Shown piece by piece: positions 41,150 through 54,923 of a DNA stretch of 64,000 nucleotides. The translations under genes and the position numbers were made by a program. This DNA comes from the human T2T-CHM13v2.0 reference genome, Homo sapiens. The stretch is taken from the NCBI RefSeq assembly GCF_009914755.1, contig NC_060925.1; one strand, 5' to 3'. Position 1 is the first letter of the stretch. Every line of letters begins with the position of its first letter. The notes under the pieces are model-generated. The model saw only the letters and a program-made list of their open reading frames with translations. It did no database searches and had not been told where the DNA came from.

Positions 41150-43430
41150 TGAGAGGCATGCATGCTGTTTCATAAAAGACAGCTTGTACTAGACAAAGCA
41201 AAATCAATGGATTAGGCAGAAAACAAGCTTAAAATAAAATTTTTTATAAATGTCCTCAGATTGGTAGCGTGGATATTAAAAACATGAAGCAAGTCCAAGT
41301 ATACATGAAAAGGAATCAGAGAAAAAGTAGTCTAAAATGATAGTATTTTAAATAGTGAACCCAGGAGATGGTTGGGATGTCAGAATACCAGAGAGACAAG
41401 GAGGAGGTTGAAGGTGGAATGAGAAGCTCACTCAGAAGGCACAAGGAAGGGTTAAAGAGAGAAGAATGAGCTGGAAACCTGGATGAGGCAGAACAACCTC
41501 TAGACATCCACGTAATAGGAGTCCCACAGGGACAGAGAAAGGTAAACAGAAAGAAGAATTGTTGAAAAATAAGAAAAGACCAAGAAGTTCACAGACTTAG
41601 AAAAAAAGTTGTTCTCAGCTGGAAAGGGCTCACAGAGGGCCCAGCTCGAAAGATTAAAATATAGAAAAAAAACCTAAACTTTACCTAGACACATTAGAAT
41701 TAGACTTAAGATCATCAAAGGAAAGAGAAGATTCTAAAAACTTTCAAAGAGAAAAAGCAGATGCCATGCAAAGATAAAAGAATAAGATTAAAAATATAAC
41801 TTATGTGTCTTAGTGTCGCTGTTGAGAAATACGATGGTCAAAAGTGGAAGGAAAGAATTTCAACCCCAGAATTGGACATTCAAGCAAGCTGTCATTTAAA
41901 TGTAGGTAGAATACAAGCAAGGCTTCAGAACCTTTGCCATAGAGACCCTCAAGAGTTAGTACTCACCAATCAAAGCCTGGGACCCTCAGATCTTAGTGGA
42001 TGAAGAGCAAACATTTAAAAGTAAAATAGAGAAAAAGAAAACTTTGTGTTTCTGGCAATAGAGCAGTCTAGAAATCCTTAAAAGCTCTTTCACTAAAAAA
42101 GACCTAGCAATGTTGAATAAATTACAACAAACATGACTAAATGAAAAGCTGAGCTCACAAGAATTAAAGGAAACTTGGGAGTCAGGAAAAGAAACAGCAG
42201 GTAAAATTAGAGTGGTAGGTGAGGGTGGAGTAATAGCTGCCCTTGGGACATTCACCAACACCGGGGATGCAGGCTTGTTGGTTTTAACAAATGCATGGGG
42301 CATTAAGCAAGACCTTGGCCTCTTAGAGACGAAAGTTTGAAGCTGAGCCCTTCTATATAAGGTTAGTCCCTCTCAGTTCTACCTTCTCAAAGACAGGGGT
42401 GGCTATGGGAAAAAAATCTACCTGTGGCAAGTTGGGGGCCAGAAGGAAAGCTGCATTATCAGCTTTGCCTGAGAATATGTGATCCCTGCCTGGCCCTCAT
42501 GGCTCTGGACTTAGGGTTTGAATTTGTACTTGCTGCAGAGATGAGCAAGTATCATAGATGAGCTATATCATAGCAGAGTGACTGACAGCATGTTTGTGGC
42601 TGCCCTGTCATAAACAATGTGAGTGACTTTGGTCAAGGTGCATAACTGCCTTTTTCTGCATTCTTCATCTTTAAAAGGAGAATGCAACTTTTACTGTGTG
42701 TGACATGTATAAAGTGCTATGTAATTTTTTTGTTGAGGAGAACACTGGATGAGGTCCTGGGTTTTAGTGCTTCCAGGTACAAGGCAAAAGTAAACACAAA
42801 TCCTCTCTAGAGGAATGCAACTCAACACAGGTTCCTAAAGATTCCCACAAGATAGGATCAATCAAACCTAAGCTCACAATTGAAAATTGCAAAACACATG
42901 AAGGAACTGGCTACTGTGCATTAGAATCAGCAGAAACAACATTCACAATAATGAGCCACACAAAGGCCTCATGCATTTGAATTATCATGTATGAAATATA
43001 AATCATATGTGCTTAAAATAAAATAAATGATTTGAAGATGGAGAAAATGACTACGCAAAGTGATGATGACTGAAATTTTTACAGAGCAAATTTAAAAACT
43101 TAGTTCCCAGACTCAAAGAATACTGTGAATCTGAAGCAGCAGGAAATGAAATGAAATCCACAACTAAAGGCTTTATATCGAAAACAAAGAACATGAAAAT
43201 CCTAAAATTGACTAGGGAGAAGGAAACTGATTATCAGAAAAACAAAATAGAAACAAAACAAAACAAAAAATGCTAATCATGTCAATTGTAGGTTTTATAA
43301 CAGAAAAAAATGGAAGCCAGAAAAGAGTGGGATAATATTTTTAGATTGTTCTCACCCTAATATTGTCATTCACAAACACAGGGTGCTTTCATGTATATGT
43401 GAAATAAAGACATTTTCTGACAAATGATGA
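41150..43430 (+). mobile_element. Old L1M 5'UTR/ORF1 fragments (with an embedded MIR piece at about 42590-42720)
   Basis: taataggagtcccacag..acctagacacatt..aatttcaaccccagaatt..; aaatggaagccagaaaagagtgggataatatttt. Confidence 0.6.
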
Positions 43431-44874
43431 GGGCTATGACTGCATGTTTTTATACTCACGGAATGACCCAGGAGCGAGAGAAAATGTGGCAATTGTTGGA
43501 TGGTGCCCTTGAGCGTGTGGGAGGGGGAAGGAGTTGGCACAGGTGCAGGGATTAGCTTTGGGGAGACAAGAACAGATGAATCTTAACGGGAGAGAAGACA
43601 GAGGCTCTGACGTAGTAAACGTGAGGGTGGGTACAGAACGGATTTCATTTCAAGGGTTTCCGGTTTCTCCATGAAGTTGGAAGGAGCTCATTATCAGGGA
43701 GGGAGCATTTTGGAGGAGGGCTTCGAGGTTTAAAGCCAGAGGAGAAGGTGTGACAAGGTCTTTTGGGAAAGTCGGGGAGTGGACGGAAGGGATTCATAGT
43801 GGGAGGCCCTGGCCCCACCAAAGACCCTTTCAGGATGTTGGCTGCCCACATACAGAAAGACTAGCAATAGGGATCTGTGTTTTCCTCCCACTGTGCTCAG
43901 TTCCCCGGGGACAGATGTGGAGCAGCGGGAGAGTAGGGATTAGTCCAACGCGGACTCTGCAGGGCGAGTGAAAACAAGAGCACTGTGTGTTTTCAGACAC
44001 TCACATATCCGCAGACAGACATAAAATCCATTAGAGCCGGTGCCCGCAGGCGTGCACATGGGACTGAGGGAGAGTGATAAGAGGAAAATACTAAACTAAG
44101 GTAAAATAAAACAAGAGAGGTAACTTGCAAGGGACAATAATGGCAGTGTGCTGGGAGCTGAAGCATATAATTGCCCAGCTGTGTGCACCTGAGGTCCAAA
44201 ATCAGGAGAAAGGAGAAAAAATAGCACCCATTTATTTGTCTTTTGAATAAATTGGAAAAGATAAAACCCCAACTATTTTTGTTCATGAGCCTTTCTTTGT
44301 CCATAGAAATATCAGCAAGAATAGCTGGAAAACCAACATGGGTGATCATGGAGGAAAGACCGCACGCGGACACCCAAGGGTCGACCTCTGGTCTTGCCCA
44401 GGCATGGGCTGTCATGTGGGGATCCACTTTGGGTTCAGCCTGACCGCATCTATTTGTGGTTACTGATCGGCTGCACAGCCGTTGATTTTATTTTATTTTT
44501 TCCGTGCCTGTGTTAGCAGCTGATTGAGGAATAATCAGCTGGATCAACTGCAGAGCTATGCAAACTAGCTGTTAAAATACCATAAATAACTCAATTGGCC
44601 ACTTCGCATGAGGGCTATTTCTGTTCTATACAAAAGGGCTTATGTAACTCATACAACTCAATATTGAAGTTGTTAGCGGATGGAGAAAAGAGGGGGAACT
44701 TAATACTTTTCTCTCTGAGAGAAATCCCTATATGTAATCAGCTCTCTATTATCTGTATGCAGCGCAGAGGAATTTTGATCTCAAATCACACTCCTCCCTC
44801 CTTCAATGTTCTTTTCCCTACATTTTTTTTTTTTTTTTTTTTTTTTTGGCCAGCAGCCTCCCCACCCAGGTGCT

Positions 44875-45335
44875 TCTCTCGCCTACTGCTGTGTAACAAA
44901 CCAGCCCGAAGCACAGAGATTTAAAAGAATAGCCCTTCATTGTTTTTCACGGTTCTGTTGATTGATTGGGCTCAGCTGGGTGCTCCTGTGTCCCCATTTG
45001 TATCAGAGTGGGTGACTCAAGTGTCCACCTTCAGCCAAGAGCGTGGCCAGGGCTGGGGCACGCCACATGACCTCACTTGTGTGTCTACCAGCTAAGGCAC
45101 CTCCACATGTCCACTCCAGCAGAACAATGACAACTCTTTATGTGCCGGCTGGCATCCCAGGAGGCTAAATCAGAAGCTGGAAATCTTCCAAAGGCTCAGC
45201 CCTGAAAATCACATGCTGCCCCTTCCAGCACATTCCAGTGGTAACGTCCAAGGGAAGGGAGATAGATTCCAGGTCTCAGCAGAAGCAGTGTTCATGGGGA
45301 TCCTTGGTGGCCGCCATGTTCTGCAATTGCCCATA
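44875..45335 (-). mobile_element. MaLR LTR, MLT1G/H-like
   Basis: tactgctgtgtaacaaacc..gggctcagctggg..ccaagggaagggagatagattcc..ggtggccgccatg. Confidence 0.65.
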
Positions 45336-46009
45336 CCTGTGGGAACGCTTGAGGAACTAGATCAGAGCCCAGAGTGCAGGTAGGAAGCTGAGCCTGTTGG
45401 GAAAGACTGTAGAAGGCATAGCCAAGCCCAGCAACAGTGGATGCCCTGCCAACTCCATCAGCTCTGCCTGGGGCTCCCCCTCCTTTGTTTCCTCTGCTGC
45501 TGGGCTGCTCTTTTCTTTTCACCTTATCTGTGGACCAGTGTAGATGCTGCCTTACCTTAGAATCTTGGAGTCCCTTGATCTTAGCTCCTGTATAGATCAT
45601 GCTAGGTGGCCTGGTTCCTGGCTGAGTTTTGAGTTTTTCTGGTTTATCCAATGAAACTGCAGCATCCCCTACCCCACAGAGCCTGGAAAAGACTGAGAGT
45701 CCCAGGTAGTATTGCTGGAAGCCACACTGTTATCTTCTGAATGCTATGCATCCAGGATGTGAGAGGTGCCAGTTAGTCAAAGTGACTGACGTGTGTCAGT
45801 GGCAACTTTCCAAAAATGACACCCCAGGTCAGTGGAGTACAGAGGCCACAAGAGCAAGCATGTACAAGCCAGAGGGCATATGTGGTCAGGAGACCTGGTG
45901 GCAGGGGTGTGGAGAGGAGCCAAGAGTGGGGTGGGGGAGGCAGGGAAGAAAAGCTGACGTGCACCACCAAGCAAGGCCAACCCGGGGACAGGCCTTGAGA
46001 AAACCAGTG

Positions 46010-46160
46010 ATCATCATCACCACCTCCAGCTCTCAGCTCTTCTGTTAAATGGGACTGGAAATAGCATCAGCCCGATGGGGTTACTGTGAGGATGAAATTA
46101 GTGAACATAAGCAGAGTCCAAAGAGCCATGCCCAGCACGAAGCAAGTGCTGTCTAAGAAT
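46010..46160 (+). mobile_element. MIR fragment
   Basis: ctgttaaatggg..gggttactgtgaggatgaaattagtgaac..gcccagcac. Confidence 0.6.
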
Positions 46161-46234
46161 CAGCCGCTAGGACAGAAACAGCCTCTAGGCCCTTTCCCTG
46201 GGCCATGGGCCTTGATTCATTCATATTGCATCCC

Positions 46235-46290
46235 GTGGTCAGAGCTTGGCAACCTAATCGTGGTGGTCAGAGCTTGGCAACCTAATAGTG
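46235..46290 (+). repeat. 28-bp tandem duplication
   Basis: gtggtcagagcttggcaacctaat(c/a)gtg x2. Confidence 0.95.
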
Positions 46291-47484
46291 TATACTGAGG
46301 TCTCTGGAAAGAATCTGTCCTATGGAGAAGGAGGGGCAGGAGGACAGTGATCCCTGCACACTGTGGAGTTTCGTCACCAACACAGACCCAACCCTCTACC
46401 TGCTGGGCCACCCTCTGATGTGCTTTCTGCTGTTCCTGCAGCAGTTTTTGACTCCTGTTGCTACTAGTTGGGGCCCTTACTTGGGCAGCCCTGTGCTCAG
46501 CTCCTACCATAATGCTGAAGTTGGGGCTTGCTTTCTCTCTTCCTCCTGCACTGCCTTCTCCCACTCCCACCCACTGCAGGCCCAGCAACTCCAGCTGCCT
46601 GCAGCTAAGGGCAGGGCTCCCTGGGCCAGCTGCCCTCCCTGGATGGACATTGCTCTTGGCTGAGGTTTTCCAGCCCACCCTGCAGCTTCGGGCCCCCTCC
46701 CTGTCTGCCTGGATGTGTACATTTCTCTCTCTACCTGGGATGTAATTTTCGGGATTATGCTTCTATATGGCAATTCATCATTCTGGGTTTAAGGACTATT
46801 TATTTAGCGATTGCCTTTGTCACTCATTGTGCCTTATTTGCCTTGCAATCTGAAGTTATTGCCCAGGTTTCAAAGAGCTGCCACACGCTTTCCTTTCAAA
46901 GGCAGCCTCATCTGGTCTCTGCTGCCATTTTCATTGGTTTTCCAAGGCTTGGGAAATGTCCGAACCAAGTGGTCCTAGACAGGCTGCTTCTCACTCACAT
47001 TGGCTTCCCCAGCAGATACTTGCAAACCTCAGGACCCTCTCCTTCTTTTTGTCCAGTTCCTAGGTTTCAGGAGGGGTGAGAGGCAGAAGGGCAGCCAAGG
47101 AGACCTTGGACTCCATCGGTTCTTCCCTTCCCAGGAAACTACTATGGTTCTTTCTGAATGGAGAAAGACCCAGCCTTCAGTGAGTCCTGAGCAGGGAGGA
47201 GGGGGGTCTGGGGGTTCAGGAAGATAAGAGCTGGGCTTGGGCACTGGGGACTTGTCTAAGAGCTGGATGTGAGTGTGTCGATGTGTTTCCATTCATAACC
47301 GACTGCAGGCTCCGCTCTCACTTCTCTATCCACGAGGAACTTTAGCTGCCATTTTTGTACACTCTGAAAGCCCACTGCTTCATAGATATATTCCCTCTCA
47401 AAACGAAGTCCACTTTGGAGGCCTTGGGCAAACTGCTGTCTTCATCTCATCCAACAGATTTTTTTTCTCTGATCACAATATTGA

Positions 47485-47838
<354 letters not shown>

Positions 47839-47959
47839 TCACGGAGCTCTTATTTAAGCCCAAATCCATTGCAGGTGGGGGTTTCATCTGGGACTGACAC
47901 TTTGGCTTGTCTCCCCACCGCTATGGATCCACATGAGACCCTAGAACCTGCTCCCCCAG

Positions 47960-48100
47960 CTTTACTGGGCACAGAACCTTGCAGGGAGCTTGCTAAGATG
48001 CAGATTTCACTTCTGTAGGCCTGGGTGGGCTGAGGCTCCATGGAGGCCCCAGGAGATTTGAAGCTGCTCTCTGAGGACCTCTCTGAGAACTGCACTGAGA
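47960..48100. mobile_element. MER5-like fragment
   Basis: gggagcttgctaagatgcagattt..gtaggcctgggtggg..ccccaggagattt..ctgagaactgcactg. Confidence 0.5.
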
Positions 48101-49336
48101 CTGTCTTCTCCACAGATCCCTTCCTGGTGCCTTTCTGCCGTTGCCCCTGGCCTGGTCACCAGCCCTCGAAAGGTGCCCTGCTCTGTCATGAGCTCCATTC
48201 CCAGTCCCTGCCCGCTGTTGCTCTCTAGTCATGTTGTCTAGATGCCTGGCCCTGAAATCCAGCATCTTTTTCCTCTACTTCCCCACCAATTGCACTTCCC
48301 AGGTGCTCTACAAATTCCCCTCAAAAGGCACAACCTCCAGGAAGGCCCCAGGAACTACCTCTCTTTATGCAGCTCAGGAGAACATGCAGCATAAAAGATG
48401 GGCATGGAAGATCCCTGTGTTTGCAAGACTAACTGGCCACTTTATCACCAAAGAAGAGCTGTTTCCTTCCAGGGAATAGCCAGGCCTTGGGGTGGTGGTC
48501 CAGGAATCATGCCCAGGGAAAGTCCATGTGCCTTTGTCCTAGAAAGCTCTGAAAGTCTACAGTTGAACTGTCCTAGAGGCATGTGGGTGGGGAGTGGTGG
48601 GGCTCCCGTGGGTGGGAAGGTAGCCTATGACACCTGTGCTCTCAAAGGCTGAGTGGGTGGAGGGTGATGAATTACATCTACCACCCCAGAGTCTTGAATG
48701 GTGGTAGGGAATTGGGAGCTTGGACACCACAACTTGAAAGTCTGGGAGGGATTAGGATGGGAGATGGGGGAGCCGAATCTGCTGGTCTAGGGTATGCTCT
48801 TGGATAAATGCTCAGAAGTGTCTGGGATTATTTCCTTCAAACCCTGGAGGAAAGGATGAAGTGAGGTTGTTTCTGATTTTGAAAATCCTGAACTCTGATG
48901 TTTCCTATGCCTTAAGCACCCTAGAGTGAATTCCTGCCCAGAGTCATCTTCATGGACAGGCCTTCTCATCTTGATCACCTGCAGCAGCTGGGGCTGTTCC
49001 TCCTCCAGCTGGACTCGAGCCCCTGATGCACAGGTCTGGCTCTGCCTCAGGGTATATACGTGAGACACGCAGTCCTCTGGGAATGTGCTGGCCCTTGCAC
49101 GCTCACCTAGGTAAGTTGGCAAGCAATGGTTCTCACCCTAGTGGACGGCCCCATCATTCAGATTTCTCATGGCATAGCCCTAGCCCCCCACCCCACTATC
49201 GGAGGAAACACAGTTTCCTGATAGGGTGGGCAAGGGGAGCAGGTTTCCCATCCCCCATTTCCTGTTGCTGACTCATGAAGAATGTGGTGAAGAGGCTTCC
49301 ATGAGGCCAGAAGCCAGGATTTCCGTGAGGTAGCCA

Positions 49337-49408
49337 CCCTCTCACCACCCCAGAGCCTCTCACAACCCCAGACCCTCTCACCTCCCCAGACCCTCTCGCC
49401 ACCCCAGA
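49337..49408 (+). repeat. 4 x 18-bp C-rich minisatellite
   Basis: Unit ccctctcaccaccccaga with 1-2 variants per copy. Confidence 0.92.
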
Positions 49409-51074
49409 ACGCTCAACGAAACATCTGTGTTCCATAGAGACATCTTTGCTACCCACATGGAGTTCTCCATCTCTGATCTTGTCCTCTGGAGGTCCGTCCT
49501 GCGCCTCTTCCCACCGTGGTTTCCTCCTGGTGCCACCAGCCTCTTAGCACTGATGGGGGTTTTGGTGGGGGTGTGTGTGCATGGGTAGGGGTCAAGGTGA
49601 AAAACTTGGCATACATAAGCCCCTCCATCTTCAGCTCTGTGCACAAACTTCAGGGTTGATGGATAGGGTTTCAGTCCATCTGAATCAATGATCGTCGAAG
49701 AACACAGAATTTGACTCATACTCTATTGCAGTTATTTAATGGTGATGAAAACCTATATGCAACACAAAATTCCCAGAAGCAGACAAGGTGGTGGTCCTGT
49801 GGGGAGATTGCAGGTGTCTGATAATCGTTCAGATCTGGGATGTGGGCGGGGCCTGGCCAACCTCACCCGGCTTCCAGGAAAGCCGGAGGAGAGGAGTTGC
49901 TCTCTGCATCCTCAGCTGTGCTGGCTGTGAAGTTGGGCCTTAGGACACTGCTACTTCCGCAGCTCAAGAGTAGAGAAATAAAGGGTTTAATCCAGAGCAG
50001 AAGGCATGTTACAGGGCAACCCAATACCCCGACTTTGCAGACATGCAAAGGAAGGGCAGAGAAGACAGAAGTGAGGGAAGGACCCGCAGGAACCTCTGGG
50101 CTGAGGCTGGAAGCCAGGAACCTCTGATCTCCTTATGCCCTGCTCCTTCCACTAAACAGAGAATCAGACCCTGGGGGAATCGGCACCTGCCAGTCATCCT
50201 TGACAGCCATCCCCCAGGAAGCCATCTCCCACGCCTCCCTCTGTTCACTGTGATCAGGGTCAGGCTGATTGGTACGGCCTCCCTGGGCAGACTGGGCGAA
50301 GGCAGGGGGAAGGCCTTTCCCTTGAAGTTGGCTTTTTCCTTTCGATGCCCTGAATTTCGGAATTGATGGTCATTTCCCTGTAGACCCATAAAAGCAACTG
50401 ATTAAAAGAAGCTGGGAAGCCAGGGGATCCCCCAAGAACAAGAAAGAGGGTGATCGCTGGAGAGTTGAGAGTATGTAGACCAAGACTACCCATGCTCTGA
50501 CTTGATAAATGCTAACAAAATGAAACGGACAGAAATAAAATGAGTGAGGAGGGAGTGGGATGTGGAGGGGGCTGTGCCAGCAGGGTGCCCACCGCTCTGC
50601 ACCCAGGAGAGCCCCCGCCCACCCTGAGAGCAAGAAATCTTGGTGAGGAGACACAGGGATGTGCAGCCCTGGGAGGCAGATGGACCTGGGAGTGGATTCA
50701 GGGGCTCCTCCATGCTGGAAAGAAAATAAGTCAGGTCAATCATATGACGAGATAAGTAGCTGATGGCCACCTAAACAAGAAAACACATTGGTCAAGTGAG
50801 GTAGGACAACCTGGGAGCAAGAAGACACTGAAGATGGGGGAGCAAGAAAGTCCTCAAAGGTAAGAAAGAGAATGCCTTAAAACTCATCTTTTTTTCAAGG
50901 TTTTGTCAGTGCTGTTTCTATTCCAGAAACAATGCACTCGGGTTCAAATTTGCCTGAGCCTGGAATCTGAGTTCTCTGAGAAGCCACTGAGCATTCTCAG
51001 ATTACATAGGCCAAGACTGCTTCTCTGTCCCCTCTGGGCCTGTAGAACGTTCCCATCCAACTCCTTGCTCTGTC

Positions 51075-51772
51075 CTTTCCCATCTCCCTCCCTCCCTCCC
51101 TCCTTTCCTCCCTTCCTCCCTTCCTTCCTTTCCTCCTTCCTTCTTTTCTCCCTCCCTCCTTCCTTCCTTCCATCCTTCCTCTTCCTTCCTTCCTCTTCCT
51201 CCCTCCCTCCCTTCCTTCCTCTTCCTCCCTCCCTCCCTTCCTTCCTCTTCCTCCCTCCCTCCCTTCCTTCCTCTTCCTCCCTTCCTTCCTTCCTTTCTTC
51301 CCTCCTTCCCTCCTTTCCCCTCCCTCTCTCCCTTCCTTCCTTCCTTTCTTCCTTCCCTCCATCCTTCTTCCCTCCTTCTTCCCTTCCTTTCTTCCTTCCT
51401 TCCCTCCCTCCTTCCTTCCCTTGTTCCTTCCTCCCTCCCTCTATCCTTCCTTCCTTCTCTCCATCCTCCTTCCCTTCCTTCCTTCCCTCCCTCCTTCCTT
51501 CATTTCTTCCACCCTCCCTCCCTCCTCCCTTCCTCTCTCCCTCCTTCCCTCCTTTCTTCCTTCCTTCCCTCCATCCTCCTTCCCTTCTTCTTCCCTTCCT
51601 TCCCTCCCTCCCTCCCTCTTTGCTTTGTTTCTTCCTCCCTCCCTCCCTCCCTCTCTCCTCCCTCCCTCTCTCCCTCCTTCCTTCCTTCCTTCTCTCCTTC
51701 CTTCTCTCTTCACCTCTCTCCTTTTCTCTCTCTTTCCTTCTCTCCCTCCTCTTCTTTCCCTCCTTTCTTTTC
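51075..51772. repeat. ~700-bp polypyrimidine (CCTT/CCCT)n tract
   Basis: Almost purely C/T on the plus strand. Confidence 0.98.
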
Positions 51773-51784
51773 AGTGCTTAGAAT

Positions 51785-54026
51785 ATCTTTTGTTATTGAT
51801 CAAGATGAAATTCACTTAATATAAAATTAACCATTGCAAGGGGACAATTTCATACCATTTAGTGCATTCACGAGATTGTGCAAACACCACCTCTATCTAA
51901 TTCCAAAACACTTTCATCAACCTGAAATAAAAAGACGTCCCCATTAATCGGTCACTCCCTATTTCCCCTCTCCTAGCCCAACGCAATCACCAGTCTGCTT
52001 TCTGTGTTTGTGGAGTTTCCATTTCCAGCTATTTCTTGTAAATGGAATGTCTCGCTTATTTCATTACCGTCAAATTTCCGAGGTTCATCCACATTGTAGC
52101 ATGTGTGGGTGCTTCATTTTTTATTGCTGAGTAATATTCCATTGTATTGAAAGACCACATTTTGCTTACCCAGTCCTCTGTTTTTGAACATGTGGATTAC
52201 TTCTACCTTTGGATATTATGAATCGTGCTGCAGTAGATATTCATGTAAAGTTCTCGCTTGAGTACCTGTTTTCAATCCCTTTGTATGTATACCTAGGAGT
52301 GGATTCGTTGGGTCATACAGCAATTCTGTATTTAACTTTCTGAGGAACTGCCAACCTGCTGTTTTCCTCAGTCACTGAACCACTTTACATTCTCACCAGC
52401 AATGTATAAGATTTCCAACTTCTACACATACTTGCTGCCAATATTTGTTATTGTCTCCTTGTTTTTAAATTATAGCCATCCTAGTGGATGTAAAATAATT
52501 TATCATTGTACTTTTGATTTGCATTTCTCTAATGAACAATGGCATTGCATGTCTTTCCATATGTATATTGCCCATTTGTATATTTTCTTTAGAGAAATGT
52601 CTATTGAAATCTTTTACTCACCTTTTAATTAGGCTGTTTGTCTTTTTGTTGTTGTTGTTGTTGTTGAGTTGTAGGAGTTATTTAAATATTCTGGATACTA
52701 GGCTTTTATCAGATTTATGATTTGCAGGCTGGGTGTGGTGGCTCAGGCCTGTAATCCCAGCACTTTGGGAACCCAAGGTGGTAGGATTCCTTGAGACCAG
52801 GATTTCAAGACTAGCCTAGGCAACACAGCAAGACCCTGTCTCTATAAAAAATAAATAAGTAGCCAGGTGCGATGGCACATGTCTGTATTCTTATCTACTT
52901 AGGAGACTGAGGCAGAAGGATCACTTGAACCCAGGAGTTCGAGGCTGCAGTGAGCTATGATTGCGCCATTGCACCCCCACCTGGGTAACAGAATGAGACA
53001 TTGTCTATAAAAAAAATTAAACTTAAAAAGATTTATGATTTTCAAATATTTTCTCCCATTCTTTCAGTCATCTTTTCACTTTCTTGATAATGTTCTTTAA
53101 TGTACAAAAGGTTTTAATTTTAGTAAAGTCCAATTTATCTATTTGTTGTTGTTGTTGCTTATGCTTTTGGTGTTATATCTAAGAATCCAGTGTCGAAGCC
53201 AAGGTCATAAAGATTTACCCCTGTTTTCATCTAAGAATCCAGGGTCTGGTTCTTGTATTTAAGTCACTGATTCTTTATGATTTACTTTTTGTAGATACTG
53301 TGAGGTAGAGGTTCAACTTCATTTTTTTTGCATGTGGCTATTGTTATTCCAGTACCACATGCTGAAGAAATTATTCCTTTCCCCATTGAATAGTCTTGGT
53401 GCTTTTGTTGAAAATTATATTGGCCATAGATAGATGGGTTTATTTCTAGACTCTTGATTTTATTCTATTAGTCCATTTGTCAGTCTTTATGTCAATACCA
53501 TACTGTATTGATTAGTGTATGTTTGTAGTAAGTTTTGAAATTAGAAAATGTGAGTCCTCAAACTTTGTTCTTTTTTTATTCAATATGGTTTTGTACTTGG
53601 GCTTTTGAAGTTCCATATGCATTTGTGGATCAGCTTTCCACTTCTTCAAAAAAAGGTTGTTGGAATTATGATAGAAATTGTATTGACTCTGTAGTTGCTT
53701 TGGGTAATCTTAACAACATTAAGTCTTCCAATTCATGAACATGGGATGTCTTTCCATTGAATTAGGTCTTTAACTTCTTGCATCAAAGTTCTTTACTTTT
53801 AAGTATCCAAGTAGTTACTTTTAAGTATTTAAGTACTCAAGTCTTTCACCTCTTTGGCTAAATTTTTGCCTAGGTATTTTGTTCTTTTAGATGCTGTGGT
53901 AAATGCAATTGTTTTCTCAATTTTCTTTTCATATATTTTTCATTGCTGGTATATAGAAACAATTATTTTCTGTGTGTTGTTTTGTACCCTGCAACTTTGC
54001 TGAATTGACTTATTAATTCTAGTAGG

Positions 54027-54071
<45 letters not shown>

Positions 54072-54130
54072 GGGATTTTTCATATATAGGATTATGTTAT
54101 TTGCTAATGGAGATAGTTTTGTTACTTTAC
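51785..54130 (-). mobile_element. L1MB-like 3' portion, interrupted by AluJ; (TG)n at about 54030-54066
   Basis: gatgaaattcacttaatataaaattaaccatt..gtatacctaggagtgg..ttgatttgcatttctctaatga..tcttccaattcatgaacatgggatg. Confidence 0.9.
52727..53028 (+). mobile_element. AluJ
   Basis: ggagttcgaggctgcagtgagctatgatt; 16-bp TSD agatttatgatttgca / agatttatgattttca. Confidence 0.95.
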
Positions 54131-54199
54131 AATTTGTCTGAGGACATTTTAACCTTGGTCAGTTGTCCTATTTCTTAAATTACCTTCCAACTGGCTCCC

Positions 54200-54440
54200 A
54201 CCATGCAGCAGGTCTCTTCCCCTGGGAGCTTCCCCTGACCCCACAGCCTGGGTTAGCTGTCCCTGCTGTATGCCTCACTCCCTACATGTCCCTGTTGCTC
54301 ACCCTCCACATTGTGTTGTCATTGCCTGTCTACTTGTCCACCTGTCCTGTGTGGCAGGTGTAGTGTTCATTGAGGTTACCAACTGAGCTTACCACAGAGC
54401 CAGCATGTGCCTGGCACACAGTAGGACTGTCTGCTGTTGG
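54200..54440 (+). mobile_element. L2 3' fragment
   Basis: cttccctgaccccac..cagagccagcatgtgcctggcacacagtagg. Confidence 0.55.
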
Positions 54441-54627
54441 GTGACAGGGAGAGATTTGTGGTCTGGCTTCATGACTGAACTCTGAGCATCATCTACAGCC
54501 CACCTCTAGTGATGTCTCATCCTCCCAATCCTCTCCCTTCCTGTATTACTCAAAGTCACAGAGTGTTCACTTCTACACATTGGGACCCAGGACTAAGGAA
54601 CTTAAAGAGCAGTTGGTATGGTTCCTG

Positions 54628-54923
54628 CCTTCTGGACATGGACAGCAAGAACATCTGAGGTTGTGCTTTTGCAGAATGCTGGTGACTCTAGGGTAGGCCA
54701 AAAGATTGCTCTGATAAAATAAAATAGCAGCACAGCAGCCTCTTCCCAATTTGCAGAGGATAAATCATCTTAATGGCAGAATTTTCTCAGTTTTAGCCTT
54801 TTATCCAAGAAAAGTTTCTTATACCATTGGGTGTCAGCTACCACCTGCAGATGACTAGGCAGGAACACTCAGGAAAACAAGTAGAAACGAATGCTAAGGG
54901 AATGGCTGAAAGTGGCTGTCACA
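54628..54923 (+). repeat. Direct repeat copy B1 (~300 bp, about 80% identity by eye)
   Basis: Collinear with 58384-59031 once the Alu is removed. Confidence 0.92.

Noticed and set aside
44020-44480. Possible CpG island or promoter
   Set aside because: Only scattered CpGs; too sparse for an island
50903-51781. Longest ORF (292 aa, P/S/L/F-rich) and its antisense G/R/K/E-rich ORFs
   Set aside because: It is the translation of the stop-free (CCTT)n tract, with a non-ATG start and no domain
54495-54515. CTCF-like motif (minus strand tcactagaggtgggc)
   Set aside because: Only a partial match; cannot be supported without a PWM score or ChIP data
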